IMG/VR virus record: IMGVR_UViG_3300046517_002960
Coordinates: 32,001 to 96,000 of that record
DNA from: a virus
Direction: 5' to 3' (one strand)
Length of the DNA: 64,000 bases
How positions within the stretch are numbered: the first letter of the stretch is position 1; every line of letters starts with the position of its first letter. This document shows, piece by piece, positions 36,824 through 46,312 of the stretch. The notes beneath the pieces were generated by a model that was given only the letters and a program-made list of their open reading frames with translations, was not told the origin of the DNA and made no database searches. The position numbers and the translations under genes are program-made.

Positions 36824-37882
36824 TCACCGCCGTCCCCGGCTCAGCCGGAAGACCCCGGACGTGACGAGGACGACGGCAATGACGCACAGCCACGGGGCCG
36901 CCTGCGCTCCCAGGAGGAACAGCGCGATGCCGAGGCCCAGGCTGATGAACGGGTGGCCCGGGTACCGCCGCGCGGCTGGGCGCTGCCCGGCGGGAATCCG
37001 CCTGACCGGGGTGAACCGGCCACACCGGGCGCACCGGCCGTCGCGGGCGAACCGCAACCGGGGGCCGCCGTGGTCGCACGTCCGGCGCCGTTCGGTCAGC
37101 TCGCCCGTGTCCTGCCCGGCCTTGTCCAGAGCGTCCTGTGCCGGGCGCCGCCTCACCGCCGCCAGCGCGCGGGCGTGATAGAGCTCTCCCAGCCGGGTGC
37201 AGTAGGAGCAGCGCTCCTGGCCGTCCGGCACCGGCAGGTGACAGCCGTGGCAGCAGCCGGGCGGCACCGCCTCGTACGACGGCAGCGCGGATTCTGGCAG
37301 TGCCAGCGGCCCGGCCAGCGCGGCCAGCGCGGCGTGCCTGTCCGGGTCCCACAGCGGGATGCCCGCGCTGCCGGGCTCGTCCTTCTCCTCTTTCTCCGGC
37401 CGGCCGGAGGATCCGTCCGCAGCCGCGGCGCGCAGGTTCCCCGGGTACGGGCACGCCAGGGCGTGGGCCGCCGGGACCGGGTTGCCGCGGGCAGCGCATT
37501 CGCAGCTCCAGCTCCATGGACCCGGGTCGTGCCCCGGGGTCCAGGCTGCCGTGCACGGGCCGTGTCCCAGCATGGCCATCGCCGGCCGGACGCTCCGGTC
37601 GACCTGCGCGCAGGGCTCACACGCCGCGCCCTCGCCGTCGCAGGTATGCCGGGGCCGCCGCGTGCCCGGGCCGCTGCCGGGTTGCGGCCCGCCGAGATCA
37701 ATGAGCTGCCCGGGCGGGACGGCGGCGTACTCGCAGAGCTGGCCCGCCGGGCAGCCGCAGTCCTGGCGCACGGTGGTGTCGATGAAGATCTCGATGCCCG
37801 GCAGCCGCCGGGTGGTTCTGTCCAGGTGCCCGGCCAGCGCTTTCATCTGCGCGGCCTGCCAGATCTCGTCCGCGGCGCTCAT
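36824..37882 (-). CDS. Cys-rich multi-Zn-finger protein with C-terminal TM
   Basis: Repeated CxxC clusters; two hydrophobic C-terminal helices. Confidence 0.6.
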   Translation of the reverse strand: MSAADEIWQAAQMKALAGHLDRTTRRLPGIEIFIDTTVRQDCGCPAGQLCEYAAVPPGQLIDLGGPQPGSGPGTRRPRHTCDGEGAACEPCAQVDRSVRPAMAMLGHGPCTAAWTPGHDPGPWSWSCECAARGNPVPAAHALACPYPGNLRAAAADGSSGRPEKEEKDEPGSAGIPLWDPDRHAALAALAGPLALPESALPSYEAVPPGCCHGCHLPVPDGQERCSYCTRLGELYHARALAAVRRRPAQDALDKAGQDTGELTERRRTCDHGGPRLRFARDGRCARCGRFTPVRRIPAGQRPAARRYPGHPFISLGLGIALFLLGAQAAPWLCVIAVVLVTSGVFRLSRGRR

Positions 37883-38338
37883 TCAGCCCACCTCGATCCC
37901 GCGGTCAGCGTGCCAGCGAGCGTACACCGCGCGGGCCTCGGCGGCCGGGAACTCGAGCCGCGCGTCGATGATCTCCCGGGGGCGCCCCCGCCCGGCACCG
38001 GTTCCGGCCGGCCGGGCCAGGCAGTTGCACGATACGGCGATCTTGCCAGCCGCCGCTGCGGCGGACGGGAGCAGCAGCATGATCTGGTGCGGCAGCGCCG
38101 GGTCGGCGAGCACCGCGGGCCTGCCGTCCGGTTCCCCGGTGACGGACGGCCAGCCGATCGCGCGGAGCACGGCGTGCCGCCAGCAGCCGCAGTCCCGGGT
38201 GTGCCCCGCGGTCTCGGCGGCGACCTGGCCGGCGCTGATGTGGTCGGAGCTGAAGCAGTTCCCGTGCCCGGCGGTGCCGCAGTGCCAGCGCAGCGCGAGC
38301 ACCGTGTCGCGGCTGGCGTCCTGTGTCATGGCGCTCAC
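37883..38338 (-). CDS. Cys/His hypothetical protein
   Basis: Coupled ORF. Confidence 0.55.
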   Translation of the reverse strand: MSAMTQDASRDTVLALRWHCGTAGHGNCFSSDHISAGQVAAETAGHTRDCGCWRHAVLRAIGWPSVTGEPDGRPAVLADPALPHQIMLLLPSAAAAAGKIAVSCNCLARPAGTGAGRGRPREIIDARLEFPAAEARAVYARWHADRGIEVG

Positions 38339-39492
38339 CCGGTGATCCCGTTGTCATAGGCGGCCTGGCCGGCTGTGCCGGACTCCGGCGGGAGCGCCGG
38401 GCCGCCGCGTGCCTGGTGGTCCAGCACCCGGCCGCGCGCCTTGTCCAGCGCGGCCAGGAAGACCGCCCAGGTCTGCGACAGGTTCTTGACCAGGGACTGG
38501 ATGGCGAGCAGCGCGGCCACGGCGGTGTCGCCGAGCTCGGCCAGCAGCTCGTCCCGGCTGCCGCAGGCGCCCTTGCGCGGGTTCTCGCCGTCCCAGCCGG
38601 ACAGCGCCCGCCACACCTCGCCCGATTCCTCGCAGACCTTGGTGACCCGACGCCACCGGTTGGCCACCGGGTTCTCCCGGAACTGCCAGGGCGCGGCCTC
38701 GTCCAGGTGCGCGTCGACCGCCTCGATCCTGGCCAGAATCTCGCCGACGTCCCGTTCCCGGTCCAGCTCGGGCCACCTGCTGCCGCGGTGCTGCTGCGGC
38801 TGGCCAGCTACCGGGGGGCCGGACAGCGGCTCGATGGTGATCCCGTCAGCCAGCAGGTAGATGACGTGCCGGTCCAGGATGCCCATGGCGCCGTCCGCGG
38901 ACCCGGCCATATCGATGGCGGCCTCGGCCTGCGCCGGGCTGTACCCGAAGGTGCCTCCGGTCAGCGCTTCGGTGGCCTGCTCATAGGTCAGCCCGGTGAA
39001 GCCGTTGATGAAGCCGTGCTCCGCCGGGTTATCCGCCAGCCGGGTGATCATCCAGGTCCCGGAGGAGTGGTCATACCGGACCCGGTGGCCGGGCAGGGTG
39101 TGCACGTACCCCCTGGACGCACTGGATGAGTACTCCAGGGCCATGTCGGTCTCCGGCTTATCAAAGCCGAGCTGGGCGAGCATCTGCCGGGCCTGGCCCC
39201 GGTTCACCCATGCGGTGGGCTGCCGCCCCATCGGCTGCCATAGCAGCGGAGTCTCGCCGTCCGGCACGGGGAACGGCTCCCGGGCCGGGCGGGGCGGTGC
39301 CGTCGCCTGGTCCTTGCCCTCCACGGCCTGCCATGCGTTCGCGGCGATCGCGGCTTCCTCCGCGTCCGCGCTTGCTTCCTGCCTGGCCGGGGGGCCGGGG
39401 CACACGTGGCACCCGCCGGCGCGCGGCTCCTCGCACACCGGGCACAGCGCCGGGTCGCGTCCGGGGACCATGTTAGTGCCGTGCTCATCCAT
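38335..39492 (-). CDS. protein with C-terminal MazG-like pyrophosphohydrolase domain
   Basis: KVCEESGEVWRA..GENPRKG..ELGD. Confidence 0.75.
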   Translation of the reverse strand: MDEHGTNMVPGRDPALCPVCEEPRAGGCHVCPGPPARQEASADAEEAAIAANAWQAVEGKDQATAPPRPAREPFPVPDGETPLLWQPMGRQPTAWVNRGQARQMLAQLGFDKPETDMALEYSSSASRGYVHTLPGHRVRYDHSSGTWMITRLADNPAEHGFINGFTGLTYEQATEALTGGTFGYSPAQAEAAIDMAGSADGAMGILDRHVIYLLADGITIEPLSGPPVAGQPQQHRGSRWPELDRERDVGEILARIEAVDAHLDEAAPWQFRENPVANRWRRVTKVCEESGEVWRALSGWDGENPRKGACGSRDELLAELGDTAVAALLAIQSLVKNLSQTWAVFLAALDKARGRVLDHQARGGPALPPESGTAGQAAYDNGITG

Positions 39493-39573
39493 GCCTGTCT
39501 CCTGATCTGTCTCTCGCGGTATACGGTACATGGTAAGCCCCCGGAGGCGCGGCGGATTCCCGGTGCCCGCCCA

Positions 39574-42500
39574 TCAGTCCAGCCCCCCGAGCAGCATCCG
39601 GACATATCTGGGGTCCTTGTACAGCTGGCCCGCCTGGCCCGCCTTGTCTTTCAGCACCTCGCGACGGTACTGGTCGACCGTGTCCAGCGTGACGAAGTCC
39701 ACGATCTCCACGTGGTCCCACTTCTCGGCGCCGATCCGGTGCACCCGGTCCTCGGGCTGGATGGCCAGGTCCAGCTGGTAGGACCGCTGCAGCATGGCCG
39801 CGCTGTTGCTCGCGGTCAGGGTGATGCCGAGCCCGCCGGCGCCGAGCGTGCAGATGATAACGTCCAGCTTGCCCGCCTGGAAGTCCTCGACTGCGGCCTG
39901 CCGGGTCTTCTTGGTGACCCGCACGCCGGGCTCGCCGTACTCGCCGGAATTGCCCTCGCCGACGACGTAGCCGGTGCGCAGCCCGGCTTTGGCGCAGTAC
40001 TGCCCGGTGATCATGGCCAGCTGCCGGGACTCGGCGAACACCGCGGTGGGCTGGTCCGGCCGCTCGGCCAGCAGGTCCAGCAGCGCCTCGGCCTTCCAGC
40101 ACGGCGGCTTGAGGGTGACTGTGTAGTGCGGCTTGAGCAGCCCGGTGGCCTCGTCCAGCCGGTAGTCGACGGCGACGTCGGCGGCGCTCGACGCGAGCTG
40201 GGACAGCCGGGTCAGCTTCTCGATCGTGTACATGACCGGGAGCTCGCCGCCGTCCGGGAGCTCGGCCAGCATCTGATCGCGCATGGTGTCGTACGCGTGC
40301 CGCCAGGCCGGGGGCATCTCCGGGCGGCGCAGCGAGTAGATCTTGTCCGGCAGGAACGCCAGCACGTCGGCCTTGGCGACCCGGCGCAGCTGCCCGGCCA
40401 GCGCGGCGAAGAACTCGGCTTCCATCTCCGGGCGCAGGCCCAGGATCAGCTCGTCGTAGTCCCCGTTGCCGCGCCGGGTGGCCAGGTACCGCCGTTTCAG
40501 GTCTTCCTTGGACGGCCAGTCCAGCGGCGCCATGGTGAACAGCGGCTGGTAGATGTCGCCGAAGTCGTGGGTGACCAGCGTGCCCGACGCCCAGACCAGG
40601 GTCGCCGCGTAGTGCGCGACCCGCCACAGCGCTTTAGACTGCTTGGCCTTCGGGTTGCGGCCCAGGTGAGATTCGTCGGCGATGACGCAGGCGGCCCGGA
40701 TCTTCACCAGCAGGCCGCGCATGTCCGGGGCGTCCCGGCGCATCGTGGCGTAGGTGGTGATCAGGATGTACCGGCCGTGCTTCCAGCTGGCGATCCTGGC
40801 CCGCTTCGCCCCGCGGTGCAGGACCGGCTCCGGCCAGTGCGGCATCAGCTCGCGGATATGGTCCTGCCAGACGCGGGCTACCTCCCACGACGGCACGACG
40901 ATGACCATCGGGAAGACGTCGGTGCCGGCCAGGCGGCGGGCCTCGATGCCGAGCAGCGTCGACGCGGTGTTATGCGTCACCGCGAACCGGTCTGTAACGT
41001 ACAGGCGGGACGGGTGATCAATAGCGATGCACTGCATCGGCTTCCGGCCGGCGAACTCTGCTGAGACGAGTGACCGGGCCGGCTGGCGCGTGCTGTGCCT
41101 GTTTTTCCACAAGCAGGTCTTCCGGGACAGCCGGAACGGGGACAGCGGCTGTGGCAGGTTCACCGTGACCGTGTACCGCTCCCGGCCCAGCTGGAATCTT
41201 GCCGCCAGGTGCCCGGTGCCGCCCAGAGATTCGGCCAGCCACCGCACGTCCTCGGCCAGCTGCCGGCTGGATGAGCCGAACTGCGCGGTTCCGTCACGGC
41301 TCAGAACCCATCCATCGGTATCCATCAGTCCCTGCAGGACAGCAAGGCGGCAGCTGGCCGGGCTCATCTTGTAGGCGTCCGGGACGAACTTCGTCAGGCT
41401 TGAGCATCCACGCAGGCCCAGATCGGCCAGCGGGCCGGCAACCGGATGACACCTTTTTCCTGCTATCGGGAACCGGCTCCGGGTATCGTCCTTAACAGCT
41501 GCCTGGTAACAGCGCCCGCACAACCCTCGTGCGATGGCGATCCGCCCGCATGCGCAGATCCGGCCGTTCGCGGAACCGAGCGTGCTAACCAGCCGGTAGT
41601 CGTACTTTTTGCCCGGCTCTTTCTTCACGATGATACCGGGAGGAACTAGAGACTCGATGGACGCGACAATCTCGGCGTCAGCCGTTGACACCCGGGTTGA
41701 CCTGGTCGTGAACCCGCCGTCACCCAGCAGCAGGCCGAGCAGGTACGGGTCCAGCTCGCGTTTCGCGCCGCACTCAAGATCGGGGGCCGTGATCATCGGG
41801 ACGTACCACTTCGCACGGTCACTGTCACCGTTCGGAGCCCGGAGCCCGGCATCAATGAGATCCCGTAGCGTCCGGGTCTGCCAGTAATAGGGAAGCCGCT
41901 CACCGGTTGTCTTCGAGAGCATGCGGCGGTGCCTGCTTACCCGCCAGAGATGCTGGTCATTGCATTCAGCTGATGAGCCGTCGCTGAAGATGACTTCGTA
42001 GCAGTCTTGTTCTCCCTGCGGGAACACGCCGGTAACCCGGGATGGCGTGCCGTCTCCGGCGATCACCAGGTCGCCCGTGCGAATCTCGCCCATAGCCCGG
42101 AATCCGCTCGGGGTCAGCACTTGTGCGTCCAGTGGCTGTGCTTTCCCGGTGCCCGGCTCATCGCCCAGGAGGTACTTCCCGGCTGACGCGATCGCGGCGG
42201 CGCCGTCCAGCTGGTGCGGGTAGGGCGTGAACGACTCCGGCCAGCACCGCGGGATGGCGGGCGGTGGCGAGGTGCGGCGGATCGTCTCGGCGATGATCCA
42301 CTCGGTCAGCTTCGGCCAGGGCTTCCAGACCGTATGGCCGTCGTGGTTGTAGATGAACCCGAGCTGGACGATGGTGGCCCAGCTCAGCGGGTAGTACCGG
42401 GCGCCGGTCGGCTGGCCGTTCTCGTCCAGTGCCGATTCCCCGGCCGCCGTCAGCAGGTGCAGCCGCTCGGCGATGTTCTTCTTGTCATGCGCGGAGCCGG

Positions 42501-42675
42501 TGGCCCACAGCACCATGTGCCGGCCGTCCGCCGTCATCTCGCCGCGCAGGGCGCCATCGCCATAATAACCGTTCCGCGGCGGCTCGCGGTACGCCGGGAG
42601 CCGGTACGGGCCGGGCTGCTCCGGCGCCAGGAACATGGCCACGGCGTCGTGTGCCGCTGCTTCGGCGAGATTCAT
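39574..42675 (-). CDS. SNF2/DEAD-like SF2 helicase, intein-containing
   Basis: PYPHQ, DEPGTGK|T, DESH, ASGT, QPEDRVHRIG. Confidence 0.9.
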   Translation of the reverse strand: MNLAEAAAHDAVAMFLAPEQPGPYRLPAYREPPRNGYYGDGALRGEMTADGRHMVLWATGSAHDKKNIAERLHLLTAAGESALDENGQPTGARYYPLSWATIVQLGFIYNHDGHTVWKPWPKLTEWIIAETIRRTSPPPAIPRCWPESFTPYPHQLDGAAAIASAGKYLLGDEPGTGKAQPLDAQVLTPSGFRAMGEIRTGDLVIAGDGTPSRVTGVFPQGEQDCYEVIFSDGSSAECNDQHLWRVSRHRRMLSKTTGERLPYYWQTRTLRDLIDAGLRAPNGDSDRAKWYVPMITAPDLECGAKRELDPYLLGLLLGDGGFTTRSTRVSTADAEIVASIESLVPPGIIVKKEPGKKYDYRLVSTLGSANGRICACGRIAIARGLCGRCYQAAVKDDTRSRFPIAGKRCHPVAGPLADLGLRGCSSLTKFVPDAYKMSPASCRLAVLQGLMDTDGWVLSRDGTAQFGSSSRQLAEDVRWLAESLGGTGHLAARFQLGRERYTVTVNLPQPLSPFRLSRKTCLWKNRHSTRQPARSLVSAEFAGRKPMQCIAIDHPSRLYVTDRFAVTHNTASTLLGIEARRLAGTDVFPMVIVVPSWEVARVWQDHIRELMPHWPEPVLHRGAKRARIASWKHGRYILITTYATMRRDAPDMRGLLVKIRAACVIADESHLGRNPKAKQSKALWRVAHYAATLVWASGTLVTHDFGDIYQPLFTMAPLDWPSKEDLKRRYLATRRGNGDYDELILGLRPEMEAEFFAALAGQLRRVAKADVLAFLPDKIYSLRRPEMPPAWRHAYDTMRDQMLAELPDGGELPVMYTIEKLTRLSQLASSAADVAVDYRLDEATGLLKPHYTVTLKPPCWKAEALLDLLAERPDQPTAVFAESRQLAMITGQYCAKAGLRTGYVVGEGNSGEYGEPGVRVTKKTRQAAVEDFQAGKLDVIICTLGAGGLGITLTASNSAAMLQRSYQLDLAIQPEDRVHRIGAEKWDHVEIVDFVTLDTVDQYRREVLKDKAGQAGQLYKDPRYVRMLLGGLD
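40969..42141 (-). mobile_element. Ala1 (class 3) intein with LAGLIDADG endonuclease (391 aa)
   Basis: GK|AQPLD ... HLW ... LLLGDGG ... GLMDTDG ... MQCI ... THN|T. Confidence 0.9.
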
Positions 42676-42695
42676 GCCGGGGTACCTTCTGCCGT

Positions 42696-42968
42696 CTACT
42701 GCGCCTGGGGGTCCGTGCCGGGCGCGAACGCGGTGCCGCGCAGGTGCCAGCGCTCGCACATCGGGGTGCCGGTCAGCGGCTTGCCGTCCAGCCCGGACGG
42801 GGCCGTGGCGGCAGTTGCCCGGCCGGCCTGCCGGATCACGCCTCCGCGGGGGACCGCGCCGTCCGCGTGGCAGGGGCGGGCGCAGCCGCAGTGGCCCTCG
42901 CGGGCCAGGGTGTCCTCGGCGTTGGCGCGGATCCCGCAGTGAGCACCACATTCGAGGGTCAGGGCCAC
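42696..42968 (-). CDS. small Cys-rich protein
   Basis: SD gggaggga; Cys clusters. Confidence 0.5.
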   Translation of the reverse strand: MALTLECGAHCGIRANAEDTLAREGHCGCARPCHADGAVPRGGVIRQAGRATAATAPSGLDGKPLTGTPMCERWHLRGTAFAPGTDPQAQ

Positions 42969-43005
42969 GGTATCCCTCCCGGGCAGTGGGGTCGGAGGGG
43001 TGAAG

Positions 43006-43061
43006 GCCCCGGGCGGGCCGGCTGCCGTCGTCGGAGGAGAACGGCGCCGTCCCGCCCGGGG
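43006..43061 (-). terminator. stem-loop downstream of the SSB-like gene
   Basis: ccccgggcggg / cccgcccgggg. Confidence 0.45.
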
Positions 43062-43075
43062 CGGCGTGCGGGGGC

Positions 43076-44476
43076 TTACTGCGGCTGGGGCTGCATGTTC
43101 ACCTGCTGCGCCGCCAGCTTGCTGATCAGCGCCAGCTGCTCGGGGTTCATGCCGGCCACGTCCTCGGCGCTGACGCCGGGGGGAAGCGGGGCGGCCTGAG
43201 CCTGCGGTGCTGGCGGACCTGGCTGGTACGGCGGACCCGCGGGCGCGGGCTGGGCGTGCTGGGGCTGCTGGTACTGTCCGGCGGTGGCCATGGCGGCCTG
43301 GGTCGCGTTCTGGACAGCCTGCCCGGCCGCGGACTGCGGGGTGCCCTGGGGTGGACCCTGCTGCTGCGGTGCGGGCGGCTGGCCGGGCAGCTGCTGCGCC
43401 GGCTGGGGGTAGCCCTGCGGGACGCCCGGAGGCGGACCCTGCTGGTAGCCTCCTGGCGGGCCTACAGGGTAGGTCCCGTACTGCGCCGCGTTCTGCACGT
43501 CCTGCCGGAACTGGTACTGCGGTTCCTGCTGCTGGTACTGCGGCTGAGGCTGCTGCGGTGCCGCCGGGGCAGGCTGGGCCGGGGGGGCCTGGGCCTGCTG
43601 TCCGTCCGGCGCGGGGGGTACCCCGGAGCCGTCCGGCCGGCGGTAGACGATGTTGTGCAGCTTCTTGGCGTTGAGGTTGGGGATGTTCCGGTCGCCGACG
43701 TAGGTGATCGTGATGATCGCGCCCATCTCCGGCGGCCCGGCGGGCGCTCCGGCCCGGCCCATCGCGGCGGCGAGCTCGTCACGCTCGCTGCCGCGGACGT
43801 ACCAGGTCGCGCGCCCGTCCGGGAACTCGATCGACTCCTGGACGGCCAGCGGGACGGTCATCTGCCACTTCGGCCGCCCGTCACGGAACTCCAGCCCGCG
43901 GCCGGTGGTGAAGTCGGTCTGCTGGGTGACGTCAGCGTGGGTGACCGGCCGCGCGACCACCCCCGTGATCGACTGGCCGACCTGCTTGTGCAGGAACGAG
44001 GCGATCGACCGGCCGCCGCCGGAGGGCTGGTTGAAGAACAAGTCCAGGTCGCCCTGGGTCGCGGGCGGGCGCTGCTGCTGGGCCTGGCCGGCGAACCCGC
44101 CGGGGCCGGGCTGCTGCCACTGCTGGCCAGCCGGCGGACCCTGGTAGCCCTGCTGGGGGATGCCCTGGTAGCCCTGCTGGGGGATGCCCTGGTAGCCGGG
44201 CTGCGGGGCGCTGGGAGGCGGACCCTGGTAGTAGCCCTGGACGGGCATCCCCGTGTAGCCGGGCTGGGCGGCCGGGGCGGGGGGCGGGGGCTGCTGCGCG
44301 TAACCCGGGTCGGGCGGCGCGGGCGCGTACCCTGGCTGGGCCTGGGTGTAGCGCGGGTCGTAGCCGGGCTGGGGCGCCGGGGCGGGTCCGGGGGGCGGGG
44401 GCTGCTGCGCGTAGCGCGGGTCGTACTGCGGGTCCTGCGGTGGCTGGGCGTACCGCGGGTCGTAGAGCTGGGACAC
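43076..44476 (-). CDS. putative ssDNA-binding protein with Pro/Gln-rich arms
   Basis: Central ITGVV..QQTDF..DGRPKWQ..WYVRG..ITITYVG; lies between helicase and exonuclease genes. Confidence 0.6.
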   Translation of the reverse strand: MSQLYDPRYAQPPQDPQYDPRYAQQPPPPGPAPAPQPGYDPRYTQAQPGYAPAPPDPGYAQQPPPPAPAAQPGYTGMPVQGYYQGPPPSAPQPGYQGIPQQGYQGIPQQGYQGPPAGQQWQQPGPGGFAGQAQQQRPPATQGDLDLFFNQPSGGGRSIASFLHKQVGQSITGVVARPVTHADVTQQTDFTTGRGLEFRDGRPKWQMTVPLAVQESIEFPDGRATWYVRGSERDELAAAMGRAGAPAGPPEMGAIITITYVGDRNIPNLNAKKLHNIVYRRPDGSGVPPAPDGQQAQAPPAQPAPAAPQQPQPQYQQQEPQYQFRQDVQNAAQYGTYPVGPPGGYQQGPPPGVPQGYPQPAQQLPGQPPAPQQQGPPQGTPQSAAGQAVQNATQAAMATAGQYQQPQHAQPAPAGPPYQPGPPAPQAQAAPLPPGVSAEDVAGMNPEQLALISKLAAQQVNMQPQPQ

Positions 44477-44605
44477 TGTGTCCTCCAGTGCTGTGCGGTG
44501 GATTCCCGGTGGGGCTTGCGACTGTGCTGTTAACTGTGAAGTGTGTACTGCGGTGGTACAGCCGTGTTACGGCTAGATACTGCGTAGGACTGACTATAGC
44601 GCATT

Positions 44606-45479
44606 TCAGCGGCGGACGCTCGGCACCGAGGGATCGGAGTGCCCGGGGCAGCCCGGACCCCCGTCCCGCGCGCTCTGCGGCCTGTAGAAGGGGCACCAGA
44701 ACAGCTAAGAAACATCCGTCGTCAGTCGGGGTGCGCGGCACCGCCGAGATCGGGATGTTTCTTGCCATCACCTCCCCCGCGATCTGGCGGCGGATGGCCG
44801 TCTTGCCCAGCACGGCCTCGATGACCACGTCGTCCAGCGCGCTGTACTGGTGCTCCCAGACGTACATGGAGTCCAGGGTCGGCTCGGTCCGCGGCAGCGC
44901 GGCCAGCACGATCCGGTCGACCGGCAGGCCCAGGTTGCGGTAGCCGAGCGCGTACAGCAGGAGCTGGATCTGGTACCGCTGCGGCGGGCCTTCCGGGCGG
45001 CGGATCTTGGCCAGCGATGTCGGGCCGAGGACCTTCCAGTCCACGACCGCGTGATAGGCGGTGTCGTAGAGGTCCGCCGTGCCGGGGTAGGACGGGTGCG
45101 GGGATACCCGCTGCTCGGTCAGCCAGCGCGGCACGGGCAGCCCGTTCAGCTGGTTCTCGAGCTGGAATTTCTCGGCCAGCCAGGCGTGCACCGCGGTGCC
45201 GACGATGGACGGCCACGGATCCGGCACGTGGTTGGTCACCGGCTCCCCGGCCAGCTTGCCGACTACCGCCCGGTCGCAGACGTCGCCGATCTCGGAGGGG
45301 CCGAGGTGGGCCTGCATGTTCCGGGGCTGGCGGTGCGCCTGGCGGTTGATGATCTCCAGCAGCTCGTGCGCGTACAGCGACGCCCAGGCGGAGTTGCCGT
45401 TCGGGAGCGTCGGCGCGGTGCCCATGAACGAGGCCGGGTCCATGAACTCGGCCGGGCTGATGCGCGGGCGGTCAGCCAC
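44606..45479 (-). CDS. Cas4-like PD-(D/E)XK exonuclease, frame-discontinuous at TTA 44706-44708; predicted join(45479..44709,44698..44606)
   Basis: GPSEIGDVCDR, GTAVH, TEQRV, GTADLYD, DWK, YQIQLLLY; C-terminal CF|WCPFY..GCPG split over two frames. Confidence 0.85.
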
Positions 45480-45558
45480 GGGTTCCCCCCGGATTATCCG
45501 GCCGGCCGGAGAATGCCGGGTGCGCGGGTGCTGGTGCGGGTGACATGACTGATACCTA

Positions 45559-45792
45559 TCACCGGGGTACGACATTCCCGCGGCGGCGCGCCCGCCGCTC
45601 GCGGTTGCGCAGCACGGCCTGGGCCAGCATCCGCCGGTAGGCAGCCTCACTGACGTGCCGCCGGCCCGGGTGACCCCTCGGCCGCCAGCACCGGGACCGG
45701 TCCGGGCCGCGCGGGACGACGTCCATCTTGTCCGGCTCGCGGCGCAGTTCGTAGTACTCCACCGGGTGACCGCAGCGCGGGGTGCTGACCAT
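45559..45792 (-). CDS. small basic hypothetical protein
   Basis: TGATG coupling; C..CWRPRGHPGRH. Confidence 0.55.
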   Translation of the reverse strand: MVSTPRCGHPVEYYELRREPDKMDVVPRGPDRSRCWRPRGHPGRRHVSEAAYRRMLAQAVLRNRERRARRRGNVVPR

Positions 45793-46178
45793 CACCGCTT
45801 CGCCTTCTCCAGCTTCCAGGTGCCGCCCTTGACGGCGTACCGCACCCAGTCCGCCAGGCGCTCGGCCTTGAACCGCTTGGTGTCGAACCGCCAGGACTCC
45901 GTCCAGCGCACGAGGAATTCGGGGCGGTACGGCGTGCCGGCCACGATGATCGTGGTGGTGCCGGGCGGGGCCAGCGGGATGACCTCGGCCTTGATCGAGT
46001 CGGAGATGTTCTTGGCGCGGGCCTCGGCCTCGTCCGCTTCCGCACGCGCGGTCTCGAGTGAGTCCAGCAGCTGCTCTGCGCGGCTGCCCGGCGGCGCGGC
46101 GTAGCGCCAGGGCGGCGGCCCGTCCTGGGCAGGGGCAGTGCCAGGCTGGACCGTGCCGGGCAAGGTGGGTTCCATCAC
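45792..46178 (-). CDS. hypothetical protein (exonuclease-associated)
   Basis: RBS gatcaggagac; coiled coil plus WTESWRFDTKRFK. Confidence 0.7.
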   Translation of the reverse strand: MMEPTLPGTVQPGTAPAQDGPPPWRYAAPPGSRAEQLLDSLETARAEADEAEARAKNISDSIKAEVIPLAPPGTTTIIVAGTPYRPEFLVRWTESWRFDTKRFKAERLADWVRYAVKGGTWKLEKAKR

Positions 46179-46312
46179 GAACTCCCTGTCTCCTGATCGT
46201 CTTCTGCCCGCTCAGCATAGACCCGGGCGGTGTCATTCGCATCCGGGCCGCGCCGGGCCGCGGAGTATGCTCGCCGTAACGGGTCAAGGCCAGGAGATAC
46301 GGGAGAGCGCCC

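Noticed and set aside
44606-45479. CRISPR-Cas system suggested by a Cas4-like gene
   Set aside because: No array or other cas genes; stand-alone Cas4-like nucleases are common in phage recombination modules
43932-45650. 572-aa Cas4 fusion as listed in the ORF track
   Set aside because: The tail after TTA is non-conserved shadow translation overlapping the SSB-like gene; the conserved Cys motif is in another frame
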